Position numbers and translations under genes: made by a program
NCBI GenBank assembly: GCA_047284725.1
Contig: JBJBEO010000001.1
Span: forward strand, 1,368,203 to 1,432,202
Length of the DNA stretch: 64,000 nucleotides
Direction: 5' to 3'
Source: Synechococcus sp.
GTDB taxonomy: Bacteria; Cyanobacteriota; Cyanobacteriia; PCC-6307; Cyanobiaceae
Notes under the pieces: generated by a model
What the model was told of the DNA's origin: nothing
Seen by the model: only the letters and a program-made list of their open reading frames with translations
Database searches by the model: none
In this document: one piece after another, positions 1 to 9,676 of the stretch
Layout of the letters: every line of letters starts with the position of its first letter
How positions within the stretch are numbered: the stretch's first letter is position 1

Positions 1-1256
1 TGCAACTGACGCACCACCTGAGCCAACACTGCTTCGACAACGGCAGTCGCTGTGTTGTGGCCCCGATGCCTGATGCGGGGCTCACCTGCCTTGATTTCTG
101 GTGCCGAGCGGGAAGCAGCTTCGAGCAGCCTGGTGAAGAGGGGCTGGCTCATTTTCTCGAACACATGGTGTTCAAGGGCAGCAAGCAACTGAGGGCCGGC
201 GACTTCGACCTCAAGGTCGAGGCGCTGGGCGGCAGCAGCAATGCCGCCACGGGGTTTGACGATGTGCATTTTCACGTGCTCGTTCCACCGGAAGGAGCGC
301 TCGAGGCCCTGGAATTGCTGCTCGATCTCGTCCTTGAGCCAGCGCTGCGCCCCGATGCTTACGCGATGGAACGCGACGTGGTGCTGGAGGAGATCGCCCA
401 ATACCGCGATCAACCAGATGAGCAGGTGGTGCAACACCTGCTGGGGGCCAGCTGTTGCAACCACCCATACGGCCGACCGATTCTCGGCTGGGAGGACAGC
501 CTGCTGGCGAGCACGCCTGAGACAATGGGGGCGTTTCATCGACGCCGTTACACCGGAGACAACTGCTGTCTTGTGGTCGCAGGCGCTGTTCCGGATGGGC
601 TGACGGAGACCATTGCCACCAGCCGTTTGGTGCAACTGCCACGCCTGAAAGGAAGCGACTCCGTTGACAGTCCTTCCAGCCTGACCTTCCAACGAGGGCG
701 CACCAGCCTCGAAGTGGAGCGCCTTGAAGCGGCCCGTTTTCTGATGGCCTGGCCCACGGCGTCAGCAGACGATCAACACCAGGTGATGGGGATGGATTTG
801 GCCACCACCCTGCTGGCGGAAGGACGATGCAGCCGTCTGGTGGCGCGGCTGAGAGAAGAGCTTCAGATCGTTGAATCCATCGACATGGATCTGACCTCCC
901 TTGAGCGTGGCAGCTTGGTGATGCTGGAGGCCTGCTGCCCGCCGGAACACATCAGCCAGGTGGAGGAAGAGGTGTTCAAAGTCCTCACGGCGTGTGCATC
1001 GGCACCAGTGCAGGAGACGGAAATGTCCCGGGGTCGGCAACTGGTCGGCAATGGTCTGCGCTTCAGCCTCGAAGCCCCGGGATCGATGGCAGCGATGACA
1101 GGTCCCCAGGCCCTGTGGCGCAGCGCCCAGGATCCCCTCGAACCCCTGAACGACCTTGGACGCTGGACTGCAGACGACCTCCAGCACCTGGTGTTCAATC
1201 AGCTGCAGCCTGACCAGGCTTTCACTCTGGTGGCACTACCCGACGAGGAGGCGTGA
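1..1256 (+). CDS. M16 family zinc peptidase, catalytic subunit (start at or just before window edge)
   Basis: HFLEH (HxxEH) motif, GGSSNAATGFD; the frame is open back to position 3. Confidence 0.9.
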   Translation, partial: QLTHHLSQHCFDNGSRCVVAPMPDAGLTCLDFWCRAGSSFEQPGEEGLAHFLEHMVFKGSKQLRAGDFDLKVEALGGSSNAATGFDDVHFHVLVPPEGALEALELLLDLVLEPALRPDAYAMERDVVLEEIAQYRDQPDEQVVQHLLGASCCNHPYGRPILGWEDSLLASTPETMGAFHRRRYTGDNCCLVVAGAVPDGLTETIATSRLVQLPRLKGSDSVDSPSSLTFQRGRTSLEVERLEAARFLMAWPTASADDQHQVMGMDLATTLLAEGRCSRLVARLREELQIVESIDMDLTSLERGSLVMLEACCPPEHISQVEEEVFKVLTACASAPVQETEMSRGRQLVGNGLRFSLEAPGSMAAMTGPQALWRSAQDPLEPLNDLGRWTADDLQHLVFNQLQPDQAFTLVALPDEEA

Positions 1257-2515
1257 TGAAACATCTGGATCTGATCCTCGACCCGATGGCCACACCAGGA
1301 GTCCTGGCTGCCAAGGCCTGGATGCGTCGCGGCAGCGGCGCTGATCCCATCGGACAACGTGGAGTGCATCAACTGCTCGGCTCACTTCTGAGTCGAGGCT
1401 GCGGACCCTATGGCCCCATGGAGATGGCTGATCTCGTGGAGGGGTGTGGCGCTGGCCTGCGCTGCGACACCAACGAAGACGGCTTGCTGATCAGCCTGAA
1501 ATGCCGCGATCAGGATGGGGGGAAACTCCTGCCGCTGATCGGTTGGATGCTGCGTCACCCCCTGTTACGGCCTGATCAGGTGGATCTGGAGAAAGAGCTC
1601 AGTCTGCAGGCGCTGCAGCGCCAGAGAGAAGATCCTTTTCACCTCGCGTATGACGGCTGGCGCTCTCTGGCCTACGGCTCAGGCCCTTACGGCCATGACC
1701 CCCTGGGCGTTGCAGAGGACTTGAAACAGCTGACACCAGAGGCTCTGCATCCCTTCGCCAACCAGCTGGAAATGGAGGGATCTGTTCTCGCCCTGTCGGG
1801 CACCATTCCAGAGTCGCTTCTCAGCCTGCTCACCGAGCATGAGGCGTTCACGAGTTCACCGCGTGACGAGGCAACAACCGAAACCTCCCCCCATGCGCCT
1901 CAGGCAGTGAACGACGAGACCAACGGCAGCCAGACGGTCTGCCTGAAGGTGCAGAAAACCGAGCAGGTGGTGCTGCTGCTCGGGCAGCCGTCACTGCCCC
2001 ATGGTCATCCCGATGATCCAGCCCTGCGCTTGCTTCAGGCGCATCTGGGCCAAGGCATGTCGAGCCTGTTGTTCCGCAGACTGCGAGAGGAGCATGGCGT
2101 CGCCTACGACGTTGGCCTGCACTATCCATCGAAGGCGGGAGCCTCGCCTTTTGTGATGCACGCAGCAACGAGCACCGAGCGGGCTGCGCTCACCCTGAGG
2201 CTGTTGCTGCAGAGCTGGGATGAGATGCACAGCGACTGCTTGTCCGATGAAGCCTTGGCCCTGGCGCGGGTGAAGGTACGAGGTCAGATGGCCCATGCCT
2301 CCCAGACGACAGGCCAGAGGGCGGAGCGACGCGCTCAGCTCAGAGGTCTCGGCCTGCCGGATGATTACGACCAGCAATCCCTCGCTGCGATGGACGCCAT
2401 GGATGGAGCTGAGCTTCAGCGCATCGCAGCCAAACACCTGCAACGCCCCCTGCTCAGCCTGTGTGGTCCTCCGGACAGTCTCAGGACTCTGGCGGCGGCG
2501 TGGGAGGCAAGGTGA
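1253..2515 (+). CDS. M16 family peptidase, non-catalytic partner subunit
   Basis: M16 fold motifs (LFRRLREEHGVAYDV) but no HxxEH; overlaps the stop of the upstream gene. Confidence 0.85.
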   Translation: MMKHLDLILDPMATPGVLAAKAWMRRGSGADPIGQRGVHQLLGSLLSRGCGPYGPMEMADLVEGCGAGLRCDTNEDGLLISLKCRDQDGGKLLPLIGWMLRHPLLRPDQVDLEKELSLQALQRQREDPFHLAYDGWRSLAYGSGPYGHDPLGVAEDLKQLTPEALHPFANQLEMEGSVLALSGTIPESLLSLLTEHEAFTSSPRDEATTETSPHAPQAVNDETNGSQTVCLKVQKTEQVVLLLGQPSLPHGHPDDPALRLLQAHLGQGMSSLLFRRLREEHGVAYDVGLHYPSKAGASPFVMHAATSTERAALTLRLLLQSWDEMHSDCLSDEALALARVKVRGQMAHASQTTGQRAERRAQLRGLGLPDDYDQQSLAAMDAMDGAELQRIAAKHLQRPLLSLCGPPDSLRTLAAAWEAR

Positions 2516-2717
2516 CGCTGAGGTGGTCGATGGGCACCAGAAAGGTGCCACGGCGAAACCGAACGGCAGCCATCTGCATCGGCCTCAAGCCCACCACTTC
2601 TCCGCATTCATCTGTCGTGACCAAATCGGGAGGACGGAGCATCGGCATCGGATCCGCCGTCTTGAGATAGGCAAGGGGTCGCACCAGTTGCACCTGATCA
2701 CCAATCGAAACGTCCAT
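2481..2717 (-). CDS. sipA: DUF3148 / NblS-interacting protein SipA
   Basis: YLKTADPMPMLRPPDLV...VRFRRGTFL signature; ATG at 2717. Confidence 0.85.
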   Translation of the reverse strand: MDVSIGDQVQLVRPLAYLKTADPMPMLRPPDLVTTDECGEVVGLRPMQMAAVRFRRGTFLVPIDHLSVTLPPTPPPES

Positions 2718-2773
2718 GAGCCCTGGGCAATCCACCTCTCCTACTGCAGGATGGGTCCAGCTGTAGTCATTCC

Positions 2774-3340
2774 GTGCGGGCACTTGCCACCTGGAGCGGC
2801 GCCCTAGCCGGACTGATGCTGATCCTGGTGGGAAGCCTGATTCCAGCAGCTCTGATCTGGCCTGGCATGCCTGTTCAGGTCCTGGCGATGCCCAGCACCT
2901 GGCAGGTCCCCGCCCTCTTGCTCTGTGCCCTGGTTTGTGGCCCACGGGCCGGAGTGATCGCAGCGACGGCCTATCTCACGGTCGGGCTTGTTGATCTTCC
3001 GGTGTTCCATGGTGGAGGTGGTCCCGGCTATCTGCTCAACCCAGGATTCGGCTATCTGGCTGGATTTGTGCCGGCGGCCTGGCTGTGCGGAAGACTGGCG
3101 CAGCAGGAGAAGATGAACGATGTCGCCCGCTTGAGCCTGGCTGCAATCGCGGGCCTGGTGATGCTTCAACTCTGTGGTCTGCTCAACCTCCTCCTCGGGG
3201 GGGTGCTTGGTCGCTGGCTGGAGCCTCTGCCGGATCTGATTTACCGCTATGGCTTGGGTCCCCTGCCCGCTCAGCTTGCCCTTTGTGTGGCAGCTGGACT
3301 CCTGGCTCACCCCATTCGCCGCCTTTTGCTGATCCAATGA
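2774..3340 (+). CDS. bioY: Biotin transporter BioY
   Basis: Hydrophobic; YLTVGLVDLPVFHGGGG...PGFGYLAGFV motif. Confidence 0.9.
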   Translation: MRALATWSGALAGLMLILVGSLIPAALIWPGMPVQVLAMPSTWQVPALLLCALVCGPRAGVIAATAYLTVGLVDLPVFHGGGGPGYLLNPGFGYLAGFVPAAWLCGRLAQQEKMNDVARLSLAAIAGLVMLQLCGLLNLLLGGVLGRWLEPLPDLIYRYGLGPLPAQLALCVAAGLLAHPIRRLLLIQ

Positions 3341-3840
3341 TGCGTATAGGTCGCAGGTTGGTTTTGCCGAGCCATCTCTCTCGCGGTCCCTTGCTGCTGC
3401 TCAGCAGCGTGATCGTGATGGTGGATCAGTTCAGCAAAGCCTGGGTACGCGATCAGTTGCAGCTTGGTGTTCCCAGTCCATTCCTACCGGGATTGCTGCA
3501 GTGGCGATGGGTGCGCAACACGGGTGCAGCCTTCAGTCTGTTCAGCGACTCCACACCAATGCTGGCGTTCTTGAGCCTGGCGGTGGGATTGATCGTTGCC
3601 CTTTGGATTTGGCGCAGTCGCCAACAACCTGTATGGCAGGGCCTGGCCATGGCTTTTCTGCTTGGTGGCACCCTCGGCAATGGCATTGATCGCTGGAAGC
3701 TTGGCCATGTGACCGATTTCATTGAACTCGTTCCAGTGTCATTTCCGATCTTCAATGGAGCTGATATCGCCATCAACCTCGCCGTGGTCTGCTTCGTGAT
3801 TGATGCCTTGAGCCGCCGCCATGAGTCTCCATCCGCCTGA
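3337..3840 (+). CDS. lspA: Lipoprotein signal peptidase II
   Basis: DQFSK, NTGAAFS, GNGIDR, VTDF, FNGAD motifs. Confidence 0.95.
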   Translation: MMRIGRRLVLPSHLSRGPLLLLSSVIVMVDQFSKAWVRDQLQLGVPSPFLPGLLQWRWVRNTGAAFSLFSDSTPMLAFLSLAVGLIVALWIWRSRQQPVWQGLAMAFLLGGTLGNGIDRWKLGHVTDFIELVPVSFPIFNGADIAINLAVVCFVIDALSRRHESPSA

Positions 3841-6016
3841 ACACTCCAGGCGGGCTCCTGGCAATGCCGTTCATCCAGCGGATCCCCATCGATGGCGCCT
3901 GCGCATTGAGCAGCAAGGCTTCGCGGATCGAGAGCTTGCCCTTGAAGGGGAGGGATATCGCCTCGGCCGTGATCGAGACCTGGAGATCACGGTTGACCAC
4001 CCGGCCGTGAGTCGAGAGCACGCGCTGCTGATCCGTTGCGGCAATCACTGGCGACTGCAGGATCGTCAGTCGACCAATGGCCTGTGGTGGAAGGGGCATC
4101 GCATCCGCGATCTCGACGTCCGTGACGGAGATCACGTGAGACTGGCGCCTGCCTCTGAAAGCGGAGCCCCGGTGCTTCACTTCATCCACCCCGCCGAACG
4201 ACTGGGGCACCAGTTGAAGCGGGCCCTGGCGATGGCTTTACTGGCTGGACTTGGTGCCGGTAGCGTGCTTCTGGCCCTGGCGGCCCTCACCGTGCCGGTG
4301 CGGGGCAGGCTGGCCACGGTGCAGGGCCCGATTGCCATCTACGACCGCGACAAGGCACCCTTGCCCTCCGGCGATTCAGGGCGCCACAGGGAACTGCCCT
4401 CCCTGGACAGCTTTTCACCGGTGGTGATCGACGCTCTGCTCAGCAGTGAAGACAACCGATTCTGGTGGCATCCAGGGGTCGATCCCATCGGGACACTGCG
4501 GGCCTTCCTGACCAATTTCAGCGGTGGCACCGTCAAGGAGGGAGGCAGCAGTCTCACTCAACAACTGGCCAGAAGCCTCTACCCCGACCAGGTGGGCCAG
4601 GGCGACACCCTGGGGAGGAAGTGGCGCGAGCTGCTGGTGGGCATCCAGCTTGAAAGCCGTTTCAGCAAAGGAGAGCTGCTGCTCAGTTATCTCAACCGGG
4701 TCTACCTGGGGGTGGGTTGGGGCTTTGAAGATGCAGCCCAGGCCTACTTCAATCGTTCAGCAGACGAGCTCAGCCTTGAAGAGGCTGCTCTGCTGGTGGG
4801 GCTGCTGCCCTCTCCCAACGGGCACGACCCCTGTTCCTTTCCCGAGCGGGCCCTGAACGCCCGCAACCGCGTCATGAACAAGATGGCCGACGCTGGTCGC
4901 CTCTCCATTGCACAAGCGCGGCAGGCACGACGTCGCCCAATCGCGCTGGCTCCCACAGCCTGCATCAACAGCGCTCGGCAACGCTCCGCACCCTTCTACA
5001 CAGACCAGGTCCGCCGCGATCTCAGCACCCTGGTGGGTCCTGATGTCGCCGCAGAAGGGAACTTTCTGATCGAGACCTACCTCGATGCAGACCTCCAACA
5101 CCTTCTGCAACAGAAACTGCAAGAACTCCTGCGCAACGCTGGAACTCTTGGGTTGACCGAAGGTGCTGCCGTGGTGCTCGACAGCCGCACCGGTGGGGTG
5201 CTGGCCATGGTCGGTGGTCGGGATTACCGGAGCAGCCAGTTCAATCGGGCCACCATGGCGCTGCGCCAACCGGGCAGCACCTTCAAGCTGATGACGTTCC
5301 TGGCGGCCCTCGATCAGGGGCTCACCCCAACCGCTCAGGTCGACTGCGGTCCTTTGCGTTGGGGCGGTCAACTGTTCAGCAGTGACTGCAGCGGCTCCAT
5401 CAGCCTCAACCACGCCTTCGCCAGCAGCAGCAACACAGCAACGCTTCGCTTGGCTCAACGCGTGGGGCTGGACCAGGTGGTGCAACAGGCAAGGCAACTC
5501 GGCATCGGAACCCCCATGCATGCTGTACCGGGCCTGGCGCTTGGCCAGAGCGAAGTACGGCTGATCGACCTAACAGGTGCCTATGCAGCCGTGGCCAATC
5601 AAGGCGTCTGGCATCAACCCAGCACAATCCGACGACTGGTGGATGCGGAGACCTGTCACGTCGAACGGCTGAATGACTGTGCCAGCTTTAACGCGACCGG
5701 TACCCACATCGCTGGCGCCCGTCAGGCCATCCCCCAGCCCCAGGCCCGCGCCATGCAGGGCATGCTCCGCAGCGTGGTGCGCACAGGCACGGGTCGCAAC
5801 GCGTCCCTCGGCGGGAATGAGGGTGGCAAAACCGGCACCACCAACGACGGCCGCGATGTGTTGTTCATTGGCTACGACCCCGGAAGGAACTGGACACTCG
5901 GTGTTTGGCTCGGCAACGACGACAACAGCCCAACCGCTGCCTCCAGTGCCTTGGCAGCCTCGCTCTGGAGCGACATCATGCGATCGGCCCGACAGGGGAG
6001 TCGCAGCACACCGTGA
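3821..6016 (+). CDS. FHA-domain class A penicillin-binding protein (transglycosylase/transpeptidase)
   Basis: FHA (GR, SREHA, STNG), TM helix, EDNRF, GGSSLTQQLA, SxxK (STFK), SSN, KTGT. Confidence 0.92.
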   Translation: MSLHPPEHSRRAPGNAVHPADPHRWRLRIEQQGFADRELALEGEGYRLGRDRDLEITVDHPAVSREHALLIRCGNHWRLQDRQSTNGLWWKGHRIRDLDVRDGDHVRLAPASESGAPVLHFIHPAERLGHQLKRALAMALLAGLGAGSVLLALAALTVPVRGRLATVQGPIAIYDRDKAPLPSGDSGRHRELPSLDSFSPVVIDALLSSEDNRFWWHPGVDPIGTLRAFLTNFSGGTVKEGGSSLTQQLARSLYPDQVGQGDTLGRKWRELLVGIQLESRFSKGELLLSYLNRVYLGVGWGFEDAAQAYFNRSADELSLEEAALLVGLLPSPNGHDPCSFPERALNARNRVMNKMADAGRLSIAQARQARRRPIALAPTACINSARQRSAPFYTDQVRRDLSTLVGPDVAAEGNFLIETYLDADLQHLLQQKLQELLRNAGTLGLTEGAAVVLDSRTGGVLAMVGGRDYRSSQFNRATMALRQPGSTFKLMTFLAALDQGLTPTAQVDCGPLRWGGQLFSSDCSGSISLNHAFASSSNTATLRLAQRVGLDQVVQQARQLGIGTPMHAVPGLALGQSEVRLIDLTGAYAAVANQGVWHQPSTIRRLVDAETCHVERLNDCASFNATGTHIAGARQAIPQPQARAMQGMLRSVVRTGTGRNASLGGNEGGKTGTTNDGRDVLFIGYDPGRNWTLGVWLGNDDNSPTAASSALAASLWSDIMRSARQGSRSTP

Positions 6017-7611
6017 AGGGCAACAAACGCCTGCTGTTCTGGGGAGGAGCAGCGCTCATCGCCCTTGTGGTGATCGGCATGGTTCTCCAGGCCATCCGCA
6101 ACCTCTTGTGGGACCTGAGCTACTGGTTGCCCGCCTGGATGGTGGGTCCTGTGCTGTTGCTGGGTGCAGCTCTGATCGTGACCGTTCTCACCCAGCTGGT
6201 CTGGCCCTGGTACAAGGGCTGGAAACAGCAATCAAGGTTGGGGGGAGCAGCCAACAACCCCTCACCGGTCGCCCCAGACACCCGTCGTCTGGCCGCCGAA
6301 CAGAGCCTGGAAAGCATCGATCGCCTCCTGGATCGACTCAAGGATGACGTGAGCCGTGAAGGGCTTCGCCAGGAGCGGGAGCGGGTGGCCCAAGAACTTC
6401 AGCGGGGTGATCTCACCGTGGTGGTGTTCGGCACAGGATCCAGCGGCAAAACATCCCTGATCCGGGCGTTGCTCAATGAAATCGTCGGCGATGTGGGGGC
6501 GACGATGGGCACCACCACAGAAACCAAAACCTATCGCTTGCGACTGAAAGGCCTGCGACGGGGTCTGCAGCTGGTTGACACCCCGGGGATTCTCGAAAGC
6601 GGGCGTGATGGACAGGAACGTGAACGCGAAGCACGCAGACGAGCCAGTCGGGCCGACCTGATGCTGGTGGTGGTGGATGGTGATCTGCGGGCGGCCGAAC
6701 TGGAGGTCACCCGCCACCTTGCGGGCCTTGGCAAACGCCTCCTACTGGTGCTGAATAAGTGCGACCTGCGCGGTGAGGAAGAGGAACGCCGCCTCCTGGC
6801 GTTGTTGCAACAGCGTTGCGCCGACTTGCTGAGCCCAGCCGATGTGATTCCCACGAGCGCAGCCCCCCAATCCGTGCCTCGGCCTGGCAAACAGCCGTGG
6901 CAAGCACCAGCAGAGGTGGAGTCGCTGTTGCGGCGACTGGCGACCGTTCTGCATGCCGATGGAGAAGAACTCCTCGCTGACAACATTCTCCTGCAATGCA
7001 GGCATCTGGGGGAAACCGGCAGGTCGTTGCTGGATCAACAACGCCAGCGGGAAGCAAGGCGCTGCGTCGATCGCTACAGCTGGATCAGTGGGGGACTTGT
7101 GGCCGCAACGCCGCTCCCAGGGGTGGACCTGCTGGGGACAGCTGCCGTCAATGCCCAGATGGTGGTGGAAATCGCCGGTGTCTACGGCGTGTCTCTGACA
7201 CGTCAACGTGCCCAGGAACTCGCCGTTTCGGTGGGGCGCACTCTGGCAGGGGTGGGCGTTGTCAAAGGTGGCGTTTCTTTGATCGGAGCTGCGTTAAGCC
7301 TGAATCTGCCAACCCTGGTGCTGGGGCGAGCCGTACAGGGTGTTGCCGCGGCTTGGCTCACTCGCATCGCAGGAGCCAGCTTCATCACCTACTTCCAACA
7401 GGATCAGGACTGGGGCGATGGAGGCGTCCAGGATGTGGTCCAGCACCACTACGACCTCAATCGACGCGAGTCAGCCCTGGAACGGTTTCTTCAATCGGCT
7501 GTCAGACGTGTGGTGGAGCCCCTGCAACGGCAGGTGCAGCGCCAGTTACCACCCCGACCAGGGCCTCGGGCGGTGGAGGACGCATCGCCCCCCTGGAATC
7601 AAGCACCGTGA
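6013..7611 (+). CDS. Membrane-anchored GTP-binding protein with DUF697/YcjF C-terminus
   Basis: GTGSSGKT, DTPG, NKCD motifs; N-terminal TM helices. Confidence 0.85.
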   Translation: MKGNKRLLFWGGAALIALVVIGMVLQAIRNLLWDLSYWLPAWMVGPVLLLGAALIVTVLTQLVWPWYKGWKQQSRLGGAANNPSPVAPDTRRLAAEQSLESIDRLLDRLKDDVSREGLRQERERVAQELQRGDLTVVVFGTGSSGKTSLIRALLNEIVGDVGATMGTTTETKTYRLRLKGLRRGLQLVDTPGILESGRDGQEREREARRRASRADLMLVVVDGDLRAAELEVTRHLAGLGKRLLLVLNKCDLRGEEEERRLLALLQQRCADLLSPADVIPTSAAPQSVPRPGKQPWQAPAEVESLLRRLATVLHADGEELLADNILLQCRHLGETGRSLLDQQRQREARRCVDRYSWISGGLVAATPLPGVDLLGTAAVNAQMVVEIAGVYGVSLTRQRAQELAVSVGRTLAGVGVVKGGVSLIGAALSLNLPTLVLGRAVQGVAAAWLTRIAGASFITYFQQDQDWGDGGVQDVVQHHYDLNRRESALERFLQSAVRRVVEPLQRQVQRQLPPRPGPRAVEDASPPWNQAP

Positions 7612-7702
7612 TCAGCAGCAGATAAATCACCCCGATCGCGACAGAAAGAGCGCCGGTGATGATGGCCACCCAGCGACCTCTCGATGATGGGGGTTGCGCC
7701 AT
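7502..7702 (-). CDS. Small membrane hypothetical protein
   Basis: Single TM helix, SRGAMRPPPPEA; coupled to the upstream decarboxylase. Confidence 0.7.
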   Translation of the reverse strand: MAQPPSSRGRWVAIITGALSVAIGVIYLLLITVLDSRGAMRPPPPEALVGVVTGAAPAVAGAPPHV

Positions 7703-9138
7703 CAGTGGAAACCCTCAACAGATTCATTCAGGATCTCAGCCAGCTGGTCGAGATGGTGGTCCTGGGTATGGGGGTTGCCCAGCACAGCCTTGAGGTGATG
7801 CACCCCTGCATACAGCGGTCTCGACAGCATCAACTGCTGATCGAGGAGATGCTGACGGGTGGTGCGAGACCAGGACTCGATCCTGGAGGCGTCATCTCCA
7901 TGGGGACAACAGGCCACGACGTGCAACGCCCCACTGCGAATCGACAACCGGCACGGATCGAGCTGGTCCTGAAGGCGCTGGCGACGCTGAAGCGCATCAG
8001 TGAGCAGCGTTGCAATTCCCTGTTCTCCAAGCTGTCGCAATCCCAGCCAGAGCTTCAGCACTTCAGCGGGTCGGGTGCCCTGCAAACCCTGCTCACCACC
8101 ATGACCTGCACCCCAGGCCGGTTCCATGTAGGGCAAACCCGTGGCAAAGGCATCAGCGAGAACGTCGCAATCGGCCACCAGCAACAGCGATGAGGTCTTG
8201 GTGATGCCGAGAAGCTTCTGGGGATTGACCGTGATCGAAGCGGCACGTTCAAGGCCAGGAAGGAGATCCCTCGACACATTCGCCAGTGCGAACACGGCTC
8301 CGATGGCCCCATCCACATGCAGCCACAGCTTGTGCCGCTCACAGAGATCAGCCAGCTCAACCAGCGGATCGATGGCACCACGCACCGTCGTGCCGGCCGT
8401 GGCCACCACGGCCAGGCAAGGCCGCTGTAGCAAGCGGAGCTGCTCAAGGCGCTGCTCCAGAACACAACACTGCATCCGACCCTGTTCATCCACAGGGATC
8501 AGCTCCAGGGCGTCAGGCCGCAATCCCATCACCCGCACCGCCTTTGAAAGCGACACATGCGCATCCGCACTGGCGATGACGACGGCATCCATGTTGTGAT
8601 CCAGCCCCTGATGGTGACGAGCCACCACCAAGGCATTCAGATTGCTGAGGCTGCCGCCACTGGCCGGCACCCCGCCTGCCGTGGGCGGCAGGCCCAGACG
8701 GGAGGCGAACCAGCAGGAGAGCTGCCGTTCCAAGCTGGTGAGGCTGGGGGAGAGTTCCTCGGCCAGCAGGTTGTTGTTCAGGCCGGCACAGATCAGATCG
8801 GCGGCAATGGAAGCGGTGAGAGGTGGTGGGTCCAGGTGTGCCAGGGCACCAGGATGGGAAGGCTGAAACGCCCCATCCATCACCAGCTGAAGATCATCCA
8901 AAAGACGACTGGCCTCAAGTCCCTGAGCCTCTGGAGCAACATCGGGCAAGACCGACAGACTGGGAAGTGGAGCGCGCCCATGGGCTTCACCAAGCCAGTG
9001 GCACAAACGGGAGGATGCAGCGTGCAGGAACTGTTCCAGCGCCGGGTCAAGCCCCTGTGGGGAGGCGAATGGAGCAAGGGGCTCGGTCGAAACAGGCTGG
9101 ACTTTGCCGACCAAGGGCTCGCGCACGGAGGCTTTCAT
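7702..9138 (-). CDS. Group II PLP-dependent decarboxylase
   Basis: AHVS, TAGTT..GAIDP, WLHVDGAIG, NPQK (PLP lysine). Confidence 0.9.
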   Translation of the reverse strand: MKASVREPLVGKVQPVSTEPLAPFASPQGLDPALEQFLHAASSRLCHWLGEAHGRAPLPSLSVLPDVAPEAQGLEASRLLDDLQLVMDGAFQPSHPGALAHLDPPPLTASIAADLICAGLNNNLLAEELSPSLTSLERQLSCWFASRLGLPPTAGGVPASGGSLSNLNALVVARHHQGLDHNMDAVVIASADAHVSLSKAVRVMGLRPDALELIPVDEQGRMQCCVLEQRLEQLRLLQRPCLAVVATAGTTVRGAIDPLVELADLCERHKLWLHVDGAIGAVFALANVSRDLLPGLERAASITVNPQKLLGITKTSSLLLVADCDVLADAFATGLPYMEPAWGAGHGGEQGLQGTRPAEVLKLWLGLRQLGEQGIATLLTDALQRRQRLQDQLDPCRLSIRSGALHVVACCPHGDDASRIESWSRTTRQHLLDQQLMLSRPLYAGVHHLKAVLGNPHTQDHHLDQLAEILNESVEGFH

Positions 9139-9187
9139 TGTCCACCGTGATGGCACATTGACCAAAGAGAGGTTTTTGGTCGACGGC

Positions 9188-9676
9188 TTGAACCAACCGC
9201 TCCACCTGTCTGAACAGCAGCAACGGCTCTGGATGGCCCGCTTGCTGCGTCGGGCGCAAACACTCGGTCACCAGGGCGAGGTTCCCGTAAGCGCTGTGGT
9301 TCTGGATGCGAAGGGACGGACAATTGGCTTTGGAGGCAATCAACGGGAACGGGACCAGGACCCCCTGGGCCATGCCGAATTGGTGGCCATGCGCCAGGCG
9401 ACACGCGTTCGCGGCGACTGGCGTTTAAACGACTGCACACTTCTGGTGACACTGGAACCGTGCCCGATGTGTGCTGGCGCTCTGGTTCAAGCCCGAGTCG
9501 GACATCTGATCTATGCGGCCAGAGATCCCAAACGAGGGGCCATGGGGAGCACCCTTGACTTGAGCAACCACATCAGTGCCCATCACCACATGCAGGTCAC
9601 AGGCGGTGTGATGGGCAGCGAAGCCAGTGCCATGCTGGCGAGCTGGTTCAAGCAGCGGCGACAGAGGTCTTGCTGA
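9188..9676 (+). CDS. tadA: tRNA adenosine(34) deaminase (start uncertain)
   Basis: GEVPV, HAE, TLEPCPMC motifs. Confidence 0.9.
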   Translation: MNQPLHLSEQQQRLWMARLLRRAQTLGHQGEVPVSAVVLDAKGRTIGFGGNQRERDQDPLGHAELVAMRQATRVRGDWRLNDCTLLVTLEPCPMCAGALVQARVGHLIYAARDPKRGAMGSTLDLSNHISAHHHMQVTGGVMGSEASAMLASWFKQRRQRSC

